Shown: in pieces, positions 1 through 13,230 of the stretch
Layout of the letters: each line of letters starts with the position of its first letter
How positions within the stretch are numbered: position 1 is the stretch's first letter
From: Tubulanus polymorphus
Lineage: Eukaryota; Animalia; Nemertea
Length of the DNA stretch: 64,000 nt
Assembly (NCBI RefSeq): GCF_964204645.1
Contig: NC_134025.1
Span: 3,658,001 to 3,722,000 of the forward strand
Direction: 5' to 3'
Position numbers and translations under genes: made by a program
The notes under the pieces: generated by a model
Told to the model about the DNA's origin: nothing
Database searches by the model: none
The model's input: only the letters and a program-made list of their open reading frames with translations

Positions 1-255
1 TTGTCGGAGCAAAATACTCTCTGAACTGCATTGTATTTCAGTGTTTTAGAAAGATTCTCCCCTAAACAGCGATCATGTATCGTTAGTCCAACATTTATGT
101 TACAATGCATCCTACGCTATCAAAGACATATGATTTTTAATGGAAAAATAACGAAATGTCAAATTAATTATCAATACTACATGTCACTACTGAACACGTA
201 TACTTTATGTACATCCCGAGGATAACTAAACATTAAAAACATTTTATCAACTCAC

Positions 256-2060
256 AACACGACATCCTTTAGCCAAGTTAACGGCCTGACTTTCACGCCC
301 TGTCATTCCGACGTAGGAGGAGCAACCTGCTCCATTCTGAATAACAATCTTACTCTTGTCATTATCGTCAGCCTCTTTGAATTGAACGCATGTGTATTTC
401 TCGTAATCTGCCATCGCCGCTTTAACTTCATTTTGGTCACCTTGGCCTGGAACATACATCAAATCTTAATGTAACCGTTTCTTAGAAGATACGACTATAT
501 TGACATGCGCATCTTAATAACGATAATTTGAATGGGATTCAGAGCATTTGATTATTACTTACTAAACGTATTCGACAGTATGTATGGAACTATCTTATCA
601 GTCCAGCGTTTATCGTGGATTGCATTACGTTTCTTTCTGGATCCATTTTCATCTCTTCGTCTGGAATGAAGAATGTTCCGCATTTTTGCTGCCTTGTTTA
701 ATTACATACAAACATTCAGTACCAATCTTTCCATCAAACGATGTTTTCGACCTCAAAATAAAGGGCTATCTGGAGGTGACTTCGTGCTATCATGTTTGTT
801 TTTAGTATTATTATGATGTTTTTGAGTTGATGGACGTTTTACTCCATGGAGTGTTATTCAAGTGACATTGGATTTGCGGTTGGGGAGTGTAGCTCAATAT
901 CATACTGACATCTCCATTGGGTTTCAGCTAAGTTCTTTGTCAATAAACAAAATAATACAATCGAAGTACAGTAAAGTGCTTTTTCTTAATAAATCTCTGA
1001 CTCAGCATCCTAAAATGCTACATTTTCTAGGAATGTCGAGCTACCGCACGCGTTATGAATCCGGCCGTTCGGCTCAAGTATTGGTAAATAATTGGCGATA
1101 CTTACGACTTTTCAATATCCGACCATTCGTCTTTATCGTAAAGTATATCTAGTTCTACTAGAACTGTCTTGTCATCCACAATAAAGTCCATTGCTCCGCC
1201 TAAAAAAAAAATCACATTATGATCATCTGGACTAGATGCATACCACAGCTAAGTAATCAACCCAATTAATGTATTCATTGGATTCTTAATTGATATTAAT
1301 CACTTTGAATTATTTGGTTATGATTCATCGATGATTACGGCAATGAAACGTACTGGTTTCCGCAGAATTGCTAATAATTTGATCTAATGTCATGCTACTT
1401 CTGGCGACCTGGTTGATATCCTCTTCTGACGAATCGTAGTCTGCCGATACGTACAAACCAACCTGAAATTCCATACACGATTTAAAAATAAAATGTACTC
1501 TTAACATATCGTCACATATATGTTTATTTATCTTTTTAAGTTTGAGAGATGCCCGTTTGCTTATGTAATACGTCAGTATTTAACAGTTGGGAGCATGAGC
1601 TTCACGAAGAATATGTTTCGCCTTGATCCGTGCCTTCAACCCCAGGTGAGCGAATAGACAGGTACATAAGATGAAATAACATGCTTTGAAACGTCTGTTT
1701 ATTTAATCTTGAAGTAATTGCTGTAGAGTACTAAAGCGTTCATCTTGTTTTAACTCATCAGTATATAACATCCACTATATTAATATTTAGTAGTAAATCC
1801 AGTCAGCAACTAGCTAAGGTTACTAAGACTAGTTAAAACTAGTTATTAATGGCTCTAGATATGTTTTAGATTTGGGCTGAGGCAAGGCAGACCACTTGTT
1901 ACGTTAAGGCAGACCACTTGTTACGTTCTTTTCGCTGTCAAAAGATTTAAGTTTGAGAATAGCAAAAAATCTTTGGTCTGAAAAAAAATTTGAAAGATTC
2001 GGCACTTACGTGTAGTAGACCTATCACAGATATCAGCAAGATATACGTCTTTCCCGTCAT
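256..2060 (-). CDS. Astacin-family (M12A) zinc metalloprotease, paralog 1; 5' part only (continues beyond left edge)
   Basis: Phase-consistent GT-AG exons 2010-2060 (MTGKTYILLISVIGLLH, signal peptide), 1354-1462, 1106-1199 (prodomain ...VELDILY), 563-660 (RKKR|NAIHDKRWTDKIVPY; furin-like activation site) and 256-446 (YEKYTCVQF...QNGAGCSSYVGM...NLAKGC, typical astacin N-terminal half). Same exon layout as the neighbouring paralog. The HExxH exon is not in the window. Confidence 0.9.
1884..1927. repeat. Tandem duplication, 2 x 22 bp
   Basis: aaggcagaccacttgttacgtt repeated directly, in astacin paralog 1 intron 1. Confidence 0.85.
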
Positions 2061-3024
2061 ACTTAAAAACTACAGTAGCTGTCTTCCACGCTCATAAATA
2101 TACCCTCTCGATCAGGAACCAGAAGAGAATGAAGTTATTCCGTCTGACTCAGAGGTTGTTCGTGAACAACTTCAACTCGATGCTGCACTTCACTCGGGGG
2201 TTATAAAAACTATTCAAGTCAAGAACAACCAACAGACTGGATGCAGTTAAAGGTACCACCGCTGATAAAGTTAATCCTCCCTCGAAGAAGCAACTCCGAG
2301 CTAATACTCCGATAGTAGTTACGATTTTCTATGCTCACCGGTAATCAATTACTTTATTTATATTTCACAATTATCGGCATAAATATTCGTTATCGCCGTA
2401 TTCTTGACCCCCTTTGGTCAAAGGTGAAGCTTAATTACTGCTCCCGTCAATAAACCCTAACAAGTAGTCGAGATATATTATTTACAAAGTCCTTGATTAC
2501 ACGCATTTTATCGGTGACTCTTGTATTTCTCCTAATGTGCTATACTCTAATACGCCAATAGATTCAAATTCTGAGTTAACTCTGTTGTTATTTCGTGGGA
2601 ACGTCGCATCCGATATGGAATGTAACTGACTAAAATATGTCAAAAGATGTTAAAGTGAAACGAAAGTGTGAGAGAGCAGAGTATGTTTTACAAGATTTTA
2701 TTTCAATTGAATAATGTAAACAGGTATCATAAATAACGAATGACACGTAAAATTTTCACATATGAATATGATTTGAAAATACACAAAAAATAAATACGTT
2801 ATATAATAGTGACTGATATTAGAGAAACATTGTTAGTTGAGGTATATTTCACACACGAATATCGTGTAGCTTGTGTACCCGTATTGGCACTGATATGATT
2901 TTCACTTGAGTTATTTGCAAAAATTAACTGTCTATGACACAATGATGATAACCTCTGGTCATTATATTCAAAAGCAAATATGTAAGAAAATGAGTATCAG
3001 ATTATGTTTTTTTTGCCGCGTTAT

Positions 3025-6000
3025 TTACAGACAGAGATTACAAGTAGCCGCGCATTCCTTCTGCATGTATTTCCTATAGAACGATTCGGTACAAAATCCA
3101 TCCTTTTTCCACTGGTCACAGTTAGCGTTTACATCTTTACATTGGACTGGCTCTAGATAATGATACAAAATAAATCAGTGATTAGTATTCAGATATATAC
3201 ATGAAACGTTCTGGCGTAGGCGCCGTGCAGCGCTAAAAATACGTTCAAAATCATGCCGCAGTAATAAAAGCCTTTATTTGACATTCTTCCTTATCATAAA
3301 AAAATATGGCCTGTTAAAAATGTAAACTTGGAAATTGTTGAATAAATGAAATAGATTGAATTACCTGGTTTCGGAGGAGGTGGTTTACAAACAGAACAGC
3401 TTTTTGCACAGTGGTATAACATGTAGGTTTTGTAACTGGTATGTTCGCAATATCCTGCTGCCTGCCATGCCGGACAACTATCTGCTACCTTATCAACACA
3501 ATCTGAAAAACATACGCAATTTTGTGATCAAACCGTGAATTATCAGATGCAATCTCTTTGAGAAATTTTAGGCTCGAGTTTAAGTTATTCGACAGGTGAC
3601 AATAGAGTTCTGTTGGGTTCTGAAATTACCTTGAATCTCATCTCGACAAAACCTGCATGTTTTTGCGCAGTTTCCCTGCATGAAAGTCTTATATTCATCG
3701 TTTTTACAAAATCCGTTCAATCTCCATATCTTACATTCGGTCCCTGTTGATAAATCGGCGCATATTTTTTCCGCTGAAAGTTAAGCACGAGACTATTAGA
3801 AAATACGCATTTCTCTAGAATGAACATTTCGCGAATCGGAGACGATTCTTACCTTTACAAAGATTACAACTCTTTGCACAATTTTCTGTCATAAACTCTG
3901 TATGTTCAGGCTTACTGCAATAACCATCGGCTTTCCAACTTCTACACTGAGACCTTTTATCAACACACAAACCGCTACCTACATTGCACAAACGTTGATA
4001 TGATAAAACCTGCCCAATGCATATAGACGGCATTTACTATAACCCGGAACCCGATAGGCATTATTACATAAAGTTGACAAATATGTTTCTATTTTCTATC
4101 TAATAATCATACTTACTGCAAAGTCCACACGATTTTGGGCAAGTCCTTTCCATATATTCCTTCCTCGTTTCACAATAACCAATATTAGCCAAGCGCGGAC
4201 AACGAGCAACTGTGTCACGACACGAATCTGAAATGTACGAAATAAAATCGATTTGAATAATCAGTTCAGTTAACTATCCCAATTCGTGATAGAAATTATA
4301 TTTTCTAAGAATTTACCTTTGATAGCAGTCTTACTGGAGCAATGTACAACCGGTTCATCGGCAGACATACCCCGACACCAGCACTGACAGTCTTTCCCAA
4401 CAAAACCGCCTCCAGGGCATGATTTTTCCGGACAGTGAGCTGTACAACGAAAAAGAGAAGCTTATAAACTTGTGAATTGAAATTTCGTTCGCTTTTCTAT
4501 GGAAAAATATTGTCTTCACTTACATTTGCAGTTATATCGAATGTTGATTTCTTTGATATCTTTGAAACTAAGACCAGTGGCTTCACCAATTACGTCTTGG
4601 TACTTTTTGTCCTGTGTCACCATCGTCGGTTTTTCGCTGACGGAAAATGCCTAAAAACAACATTGTAAATGTTTAATCTCAAATGGATTGTAATTTCAAA
4701 TTTACTATTTACTATTTCTGGTCAAGCGATGTTACGAGAATAGTCAAGGATTTTGACTTACCCGCTGTCCGTAATGCATTAAACTGTTATAATCATATTC
4801 GACGCCACTGTCTTCGATATCGTCGATTTTGTAACGTTGAAAATTATGTTCTTTACCCGGCTTTATATTTTTTGTTTTGATTGTTATGTGATTATCTCGG
4901 TCCGGACGATTTTGCTCGTGAGGAAATCCAAGGGCGTGCATAAGTTCGTGCGTAACCGTCCTCCTCTACAAAATAGATTTGATAGAACGTTAAACTTGTG
5001 GTTTCCGATATAATTATTAGGCTCAGCCTTTGAGAATGAATACACGAGTCGATCTAGGTCTGTAATGATGGTGTTACTGACCTTGCGACATTTTTTACTC
5101 AGATATAAAGGTTGTCGTCCTCCATCCATTCCGACATGTGATTGACACCCAGCGCCATTTTGCATGATTATAGCGTTCACATCCGATTGTGTCGCCTCTC
5201 TAAACCTTACGCAGGAATATTTCGATATGTCCTCGATAGCTGCCTGAATTTCCCTTTTATCCAGCTTATCTATTATACAAATATGAATACATAAATATTC
5301 ACAAATTCACAAATGGATCATTCATATCTGATAGTACGCATCATCTAACAAAATACCCCTAACGATTGTATTGGAACGTGTAAAATGATCGTAATTGATG
5401 CAAACATGTTGTTACATGTTGTAGCGATGTACGTTTTACAAAATATTTGAGTCGAAGCTAAAACAAACGTACAGAACTGATATTAGCGAATAGAGAAAAT
5501 ATTTCAACCTACCGAAAGTGTTTGGTACCATGTACGGTACTGTTTTATCTGGCCATCGTTTGTCTTTGATAGCGTTTCGTCTTGATTTCGGTGCATGGTC
5601 GTTTTCATCGTTCCTATAGTCGTCATGAAAATAATCATGATAATCGTCGTAGTCGTAATGATCGTAAGTACCGCTGAAATGAATGTAAACAATGGATTTA
5701 TGTATCGTAAGCCTCTAAATCTATTTTTATCTATCATTTTATCAGTGAGTCAAGTGCTACTAAAGTAAACCCTTCAAACAGCTACGTGGGAGTTTGGAAA
5801 ACTGGCCTACAGGCGTTTCTATATAGCGTAAACACTAACCTTTCGATCTCTGACCATTCCTTTTTCCTAAAGATCATGTCCAATTCTCTGATAACCATGT
5901 CATCACCTACGTTAAAATCCATAGTCGCGTCTGAAAGAGCAAAATATATGTTTTTGAACGACGATTTCTATAGATCCTCAGTGTATGAAAACAAAAACAA

Positions 6001-6369
6001 AAAAACATCGACGTGTCCTAATTCTTTGTTTTTACTGCGAAGCCGTAGATTTATGCAGTGTATTTATGTAAAATTGTTAAATGATCTCTAATGCTTACAA
6101 GTATCAGCTGCGTCGTTTATATCTTCATCAATCGATATGAATTTCTCATTGTCGTTGTTCCAGTTTTCTATCGGCAGAGCGCTGGATTTAACCTACAAAA
6201 CAATCAAATTGATGATAATTGCGTCATCTTTAAATGAAGTTAACAAAACACGAATAAATGCACGAATTCACGCGAGTCGATTCTTAATTTCAACGATATC
6301 TACTTTCGTATTTCTTCTTACCTTGGAAATCAATATGAAAACCATTAGACAAAACACGTCCAATGTCAT
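3025..6369 (-). CDS. Astacin metalloprotease with EGF-like module and five C-terminal ShK domains (blastula protease 10/SpAN-like catalytic region)
   Basis: 13 exons: 6322-6369, 6099-6192, 5840-5930, 5513-5673, 5082-5269, 4762-4965, 4524-4650, 4317-4439, 4117-4227, 3853-3978, 3630-3773, 3365-3502, 3025-3152. Signal peptide, SRR|NAIKDKRW activation site, zinc motif HELMHALGFPHE, Met-turn SLMHY, Cys-rich CPEKSCPGGGFVGKDCQCWC, then five 6-Cys ShK repeats (e.g. CVDKRSQCRSWKADGYC...FMTENCAKSCNLC). AATAAA on the - strand near 2700. Confidence 0.95.
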
Positions 6370-7482
6370 CTGTTTACTATGTTTCTTAACCATTGTGTAC
6401 GAGTTACTTTTTTCCTGATCAAGTTGCTTGTCGTATCGCTTTTCAGTTTTTGTTACTTCGCCGAGAAATCTGTCATCATTTATACTAGTTGTGGTATCCT
6501 GTTGAAATTGAGAAAACCCGTCGACTCAAAATAACTGCGTTTGACTAATTGTAACACCGTTTATGAGTATGTTACATTTACTAAGTTGACCACACACAAC
6601 TCGTAAACATATTTTTTTTTGATTCAGAGTCAACTACGTGCATTTTAAACGTTTGTTCATCGCCCAATGATTCAACGTTCTTTTGTGTTCATGACGATGA
6701 TTTATCAGTATTCTATGAACACCCGTCGTTTTCTTTTGATTCGTCGATAATCGAAACAAGGAAGTAATATTTCAATGATATGATATCTAAAATGGTATTT
6801 TTGCATCATGTCTGATATAATACCCACGGGTTGTCGATTAGTTCATACAATACGCGAACTTCTGATGTAACTCTTGAGTAGACTTTGACCGGGTTGGTTT
6901 TTTCTAAATATTTGACTCATACACTATTGGGAATCGGGGGATTTTATAAAACAATTTTGTTACGGACCTATTGGAGATGTTCATTTATACGTTTTGATAT
7001 TACCTTGATGGAATAAACACATCTTCTTTCAGAGGTTTTTAAGAGCGTTGGGTAATGGTCAACTGGCTATGTCGAACTTTGCGATCGAATGATTCTCGAT
7101 AAGATCTGTCAGGCGTATGACATATTTCATCCTTGAAGACATCCTCTGTTTAGGGTAACCCGACAAAATTATGTTGTAGAATCGAATTCACGCATCAATG
7201 AACTCATACTACGACAAAAATTATGAATAAGATGTATTTTTCACGAAAAAAGTACGAATATTTATTTTCTGAACTTATACATGATTTGTAGATAGAGAAA
7301 TAAGTTAACCATCTAACGGCAGATTAGATTCATCTGAAAATAGAAAACGAAATTTATTAGAAAATAATCTGCCAACTTCCGGTATTACAAACAAACAAAG
7401 CGATAAAATAACGTTTTACCGAAGTGAGTAAGATAATAAACGTAATGAATTGAATAAACAAGGAAACGAAAATATAAACCTT

Positions 7483-7768
7483 TTATCCTGATAATGTCAT
7501 ACACTCATTGATGCATTGTTGTAGAGCCATCTCGTTGTTGTCTCCGATCAACTCCCTGCATTCTCCGAAACATTTCGCCTGAAGATTGACTGCACTCACC
7601 AGGGCAAAAATCATAGCCAGGGCCACTGCAAAATTAAAACACCGATACTCAAGATTTCCTTCTATTGAACGATATCTTCGTATACCTATACACATTACGA
7701 TGCTACGGTGTTTCGTGTGCAAAGGTGTTTTACTTACAGAACACAACGCAGGTGATTTTTTGGATCAT
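7483..7768 (-). CDS. Small secreted cysteine-containing peptide precursor (57 aa), function unknown
   Basis: Exons 7738-7768 (donor gtaagt) and 7483-7625 (acceptor ttttgcag) join to give MIQKITCVVFLALAMIFALVSA|VNLQAKCFGECRELIGDNNEMALQQCINECMTLSG*. TATTTAA upstream at ~7841-7847, a probable 3'-UTR intron after the stop, and AATAAA at ~7261-7266. Confidence 0.8.
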
Positions 7769-9359
7769 TTTCTCAGTTTACCGTTGTTCAATATACCACT
7801 TGTTCAATGATAAGTGAGAGTAGGTTGTTCGATGTCGCCCTTAAATAGAGTTTTGATATAACGCGTAATTAATGTGAGAAGTAAACATTTGCCACAGTAT
7901 CAGCATATATTTGTCTAAAACATTTAGTTTAATTGAGTCTAGAAAGATAAAACTATATTCTGTGATTGTCGGAAATGATTTCATTACAATATGGTACAAT
8001 ACATTTTCACTTGTATTTGAAATGGACATGTAATATTTACCTCATCTTTAGGCCGCGTTGAGGCATGATCGACACACACAATATCCAGACGAAAAATAAG
8101 GAAGCTTTAATGGACCGAAACAAGCATTGCCACAACTATAATCATCATAACCATTACTATTATCAAAACCAGTACCATCATCGCCATGATCACCACAGTA
8201 ACCATCCTGGCATTGTTACAGGCGATATTCCGACTAGATTATTATCCGTGACATGTAGTTCTGTATTAACGCATAGGAGTAAGTTTCTGATCACAGCCTT
8301 ACTAATAAATCTATCAATAATTATATCGAACTGGCAACGGAAATCAATTCGTGGTTTTGCACGTTATAGGGGTTTGCCCTGGGTATGTGCAATATATTAA
8401 AAATACCGTCGTGAAGCAATAACAAATCATCACATCGTCTCACATTCGGAACATTAGCTCGCCTAAAAGTTTTTCAAGAATTGATTGATAAAATTGAGCC
8501 TATATCTGAAGATTACAAAAATGAAGCGAGATAACAAATCTAAATACAGAATTGCAGAGGTTTTATTTCTAAATATTATAGTTCCTCTATAACTAATGAC
8601 AGTAATGAACAATAAGGTATAATTATATAATGTACATAACAAAATCCATATATCTATTTCAGCAGTATGACCATTTTACATGAATTATAATTTCGTTGCA
8701 AGAAATAGATAACAAGTATTTAGATAAGAAACGAGTAAGGTATGGAACACGATAGGACGAGCAAAAGAGAAAGACTATTATGCAAAAAGTAGTAATATAT
8801 CATATGTTGAAGAACGAAATTAATATCTTGTATAATTCTCCTCTAAGTAGAATATGTACAAAATCAGTGACGCCAGATTTCATCATTTCCTCGCGACGAA
8901 TAACTTAAGAGGACAGCGGGCGCTTTAAAAATCTACAAAACAACAACAGGAGCAATAATCTATATCCTGAAAGCTTCCTATCAATCTTATAGCCCAGTTG
9001 CAACGTAATTTCTTATATATTTATAATGTTTACATAAGTCCGATGTGGACATGGCACAAAGCTCGTTTTCGCTATTAATCGACCGTTTCGTAATTATGTG
9101 TGGCAGCTTCCTCTGGAAAAAAGAAAAAACAAAAAAGAAATTAATTTATTTTTATGATAATTTATTGTTTATAGTAAAATAGATTTATACAATATCTACA
9201 TGGTTATTTTCATTATAAAAAGGAATGCGTGATATCTACATACAATTAAATCACTGAACCATTGAAAGCACCGGTTGTTCAAATACAGAAACTGATTATG
9301 TTGATATCCTAATTTTGCTAGACTCTAAATCTAATAATTTCTTAACGAATAACAATATT

Positions 9360-12300
9360 TTAAGTATACATGCCATTAATCAAGTAGTCAACTTTTGAAT
9401 ACTGTCTTCTCTGGTAACCGTCGTACAGCCGTTTTCCAACTATTACTGTCATCACTACCACGAAGATTATTCCGCACACTAAGGCCGCTACCAGGGTCCC
9501 CTTCATCGTTGGTTGCGCATTGTTGTTGTTGTTGTTGTTATTCGTTATAGCTGCTTCGGCTGAACAATTCGCTGTCGTACAATTTGAAGACACTGCAGTA
9601 GCGTTTGTCGAGGAAGCAGCTGTAGTGGCTGGAAAAGTAGACGCAACACTGGACGAAACATTGTTAAGTGTTGCTTCTGGAGAAATAGTAGTAGAGTTTG
9701 ATGAAGAAGAGGAAGTGACCGCAGAAGTGTTGTTTGTAACACCTGTTAATGCAGTCGGTGTGACAGTGACAGAGTTTGTTGGGTTCGAAGCAACGCTTGA
9801 GGAATTGGTGGGAATAGTAGAATTCACGACTAATGAGATTGTAACGTTGTTAGTGCCTGTAACTGTATCGATTGAAGGAGATGAAGCCGTTTTTGGTGAA
9901 GTAGGGGAATCAGTAGTTGATAAAGAATTACCATTGGAAAGAATCGGTTGAGGAGTGGAAGTTACTTGAGAAGGTGGAGTTTTAGAATTTGAGATAGCTG
10001 CCACCACCGTATTTTGGTTATTGGTAGTTGTTTGTGATCCCGTCTTGACGTTACTGGTAGTGAGTGGTACAGTGGATGCCTTAGTCCCACCAGTCGTTGT
10101 AGCTAGCAAATAGAAAAGGAAACAAGCTCGATAAAAAGGAAAGCTTTTACGTGTCTGAAAATAGTTTGGTATATACTATGTGGGAAACGAGTTTCTTTTC
10201 AGATTGGAAAACTCAAATGTACCTGTTATGTTGTGATTTCCATGCTGTTGTAGTATTTCAGCAAGTTTAGCAGCCGTTTTATTGACCAACTCATCAAGTT
10301 TTTCATTATCGCTTTTCGGAGTAGCTCCTAAGACTTTTGCACCGACCTTTGATGAGTGATCGTCTATGGGTGCTGGAATGAAAAAGAGTGTCATTTATAA
10401 CAAAAGCTGAACACGTCACTTTATTTTGAAACGATGACACAAAGTTTCAATTAATTTATATGAATGTTCTTGACAAACAACAACGAATAAAGCATGGAAT
10501 TGTATTGTGTACAAGGAGGAGCTAAATTACAACGCTTTCACCGAAATTTACAAACATGATATATATCAAATTTATACAGATTTAGGTCATTAGATTTGAT
10601 GACGTTGATTTACATTATTTGTCACTGCATTAATACCATTTGTCAACAGAATCGATAACATCTGCGTCTGGAGATATTATCAGCAGCATGCGCAAAATCA
10701 ATGCTCCAAGTCACATGATTATTTGTCATGCGCGTATTTTTAGTCATACACGTATAGGCCTATAATAACTTCTACGTATTTTCTAACAAACAAATAAATA
10801 GACGATCGTGGACTTTGAAATAACAAACACGGAACAAAGATTAAATGATGATGATGATGATGACGATGATGATATCTTGAACTGTGAAACTGTAGAGATT
10901 ATTCAGAGTGTTAATCCAATGTGTTTTGCATTTCACATTAAAGACAAAAAAGTATCAATTCAGCTGTAGCTTATCTATACAATACAAAAGATTTTAACCG
11001 GTTGCCTTACAAAAGTTTAAATAAGTACATATAACCGAGTGTTATATTCATCATGTGTGTGTCTATTGTAGTCGATTGTGTTCCGTTTCCCTGTCTGATT
11101 AAACAAGTGATAATGAGGTATAATTGAAAATGCAAAATGTGCGGTTTAATTGTGCTCCTTAAAAGTTGCTTCGTACTATGGTACATTTTCCCGGTGTTAA
11201 GTGCAAAAAGTTCATCAGCTGAAACTTGATGTATAATTGTATGCATGTGTTTGTATAATTTGCATATAATCAAGAGGTCTCCTATCGTAGATATAACGTA
11301 GGAATGGAAAGAATATTTTCGTATAGGACTCCTCTTAATTCTGTGCTGTGATTCAATGGCTGTTAACTAAAACCACTCCATTATAACATACACACATACA
11401 TATATCATTTTAAACTACGATTTACATACCAACAGACGCGGTGATATACGCTGATTTGTCTAGTAACGACTTATCAATACCTGATCCAGGAAAAAGTAAC
11501 AAATACATCTCGAAGAGGTCAATGAAACTGCTGTTATACATCGTAAAAACTTAATATACAGAAAACTGCTAGAAATCTATAGATTGTAGAATTAGGTGTA
11601 ATACTAACCGACTGATATAGTTTGAGTTGATTTGTCCGTTGATGCTCTTGTGGTTTTTGTTGAGCCAGTCGTTAATGTTTCTCTCTGTACCACAATACCA
11701 CAAACATCAGACTTATTTGACCAATGGATAAACTGTTTATCTACCTTCACTCGGAAGCAATGCTTTGAAGTTGTATTAAAAAGAGCCACTGAGCACGTTT
11801 CTAAAACACATCAAGTGACATATGTATATAATAACTCTTTCGATTCCATCTAGAATATCTTTATCTTCGATCGAATGCTTTATTTTGGCGTCTTACCTGT
11901 TTCGCAACAATATTCGGCACATCGTTTGACCAATTGTTCCAACCCATCCCCTTCTGGAGAAGGTAGAGATGTACCATTCTCGATCAACTGGACATGTTCC
12001 TTGTCATCAACTAGTGTATATCCACATTTTAAATCTGCTTCGCAAATGTTCTCTTTTGAATTGGCTGGTGATATTGTTATAACTACAACCACGAAAGCCC
12101 ACGCACATAAGAAATGGAGGAGAGTTTGAAACCTCATCTGAAATTACGCAATTTGATTCTCTAAAATACGCACCAATGGTTTTTGAAATGGCTATGCCCT
12201 CAACCGATGTGCCTTGCGTATTAGAAGTGAAATAATGATAACGATCAATAATGAGACGATTACTTGTTTAAGTCGTTTTACTTCGACAATATGGAGTTAA

Positions 12301-12364
12301 ACACGTCACGCATTTTGGCCAGTATTTAATGATATGAAATTCATATACTTACCACTTCCATCAT
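9360..12364 (-). CDS. Type I membrane glycoprotein, MANSC1/C11orf24-like (Cys-rich N-terminal domain, Ser/Thr mucin stalk, TM, DYLING tail)
   Basis: Exons 12353-12364 (MMEV), 11897-12137 (signal peptide, CAEYCC), 11609-11800 (TCSVALFN...HCF), possible 11430-11480, 10223-10372 and 9360-10102 (S/T-rich stalk, TM LVAALVCGIIFVVVMTVIV, tail KRLYDGYQRRQYSKVDYLINGMYT). The tail resembles, from memory, the Y-x-x-[VL]-DYLING-[MI]-Y ends of vertebrate MANSC1 and C11orf24. Confidence 0.88.
10845..10873. repeat. (GAT)n microsatellite
   Basis: atgatgatgatgatgatgacgatgatgat, intronic. Confidence 0.85.
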
Positions 12365-13230
12365 TATGAAATCTTCAATTTGTTATTTTCTTGAAGATCA
12401 CTGAAGCGTCATAGCGCAACGAATGTCACTGCTTGAGCGTCTGCGTCAAAAAGGAATCCAGCAGAGTTCTCCCAGCGCGTCGACACGCAAGATTTCGTTC
12501 AAATGCGTGACGTAGATTCGACTGTATATATTTATCAAGCTACCGTTTGCAGAGTTTGTGACTGCGGCGCTTGTTTTAATAGCCCAACATATGTTACTTC
12601 AAACCTCAGATCAATATGGCTCAGTACAGACTGCGGAAAACAATATACGTAGGACTTCTACGGGATGTGATGGCAGATGTCGTCGTGTATCATAATCCAT
12701 TATAGCATATAGGCCTATATCACACAAAATATAATAACATGATGAATTGCTTCTTTCCTTTGCTCGATGATACGTAATTTTTGATTTACGAAACTTCCTC
12801 TGTTGTTGCTTCCTACGTTTATTCGTAAGAAAGGCCGTTGCCCCGTTGAATACTACTAGAACTAACCAAAAAAATCTTGAAATAAAGACCAAAAATGTGT
12901 TATTTTTTATTCAATTAGATGAATTTTACTTCTACACGAAGATATGAAGATGGATTACACAGAATGATGTGTGTATCATTCGTAATTTGAAAATCTTTTT
13001 TAACATTCAGTAAATTAGCGATTCGCAACGGTTCTTCACATGACGTCATTGCGCGTCATATTGACCGTCAATCCCAAGGCTCAGCTAACTGAAGTAAAGT
13101 CATGTGACTGCCATTTGACAGCCGATACACGCGAAACAATGCGTATCACGTCAGTGAAGAACCGTTAAACACAAAAAAATCTGTAACGATCAACTCGAAC
13201 GGCTGTTATTAAGTGGTGTTCTACAGTGAA

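Noticed and set aside
8065-8400. His/Asn-rich 111-aa ORF
   Set aside because: Produced by a degenerate CAT/CAC microsatellite; no splice or domain support.
9520-9951. 143-aa + strand ORF with an apparent signal peptide
   Set aside because: Antisense shadow of the Ser/Thr-rich exon; the poly-Leu is the complement of the poly-Asn codons.
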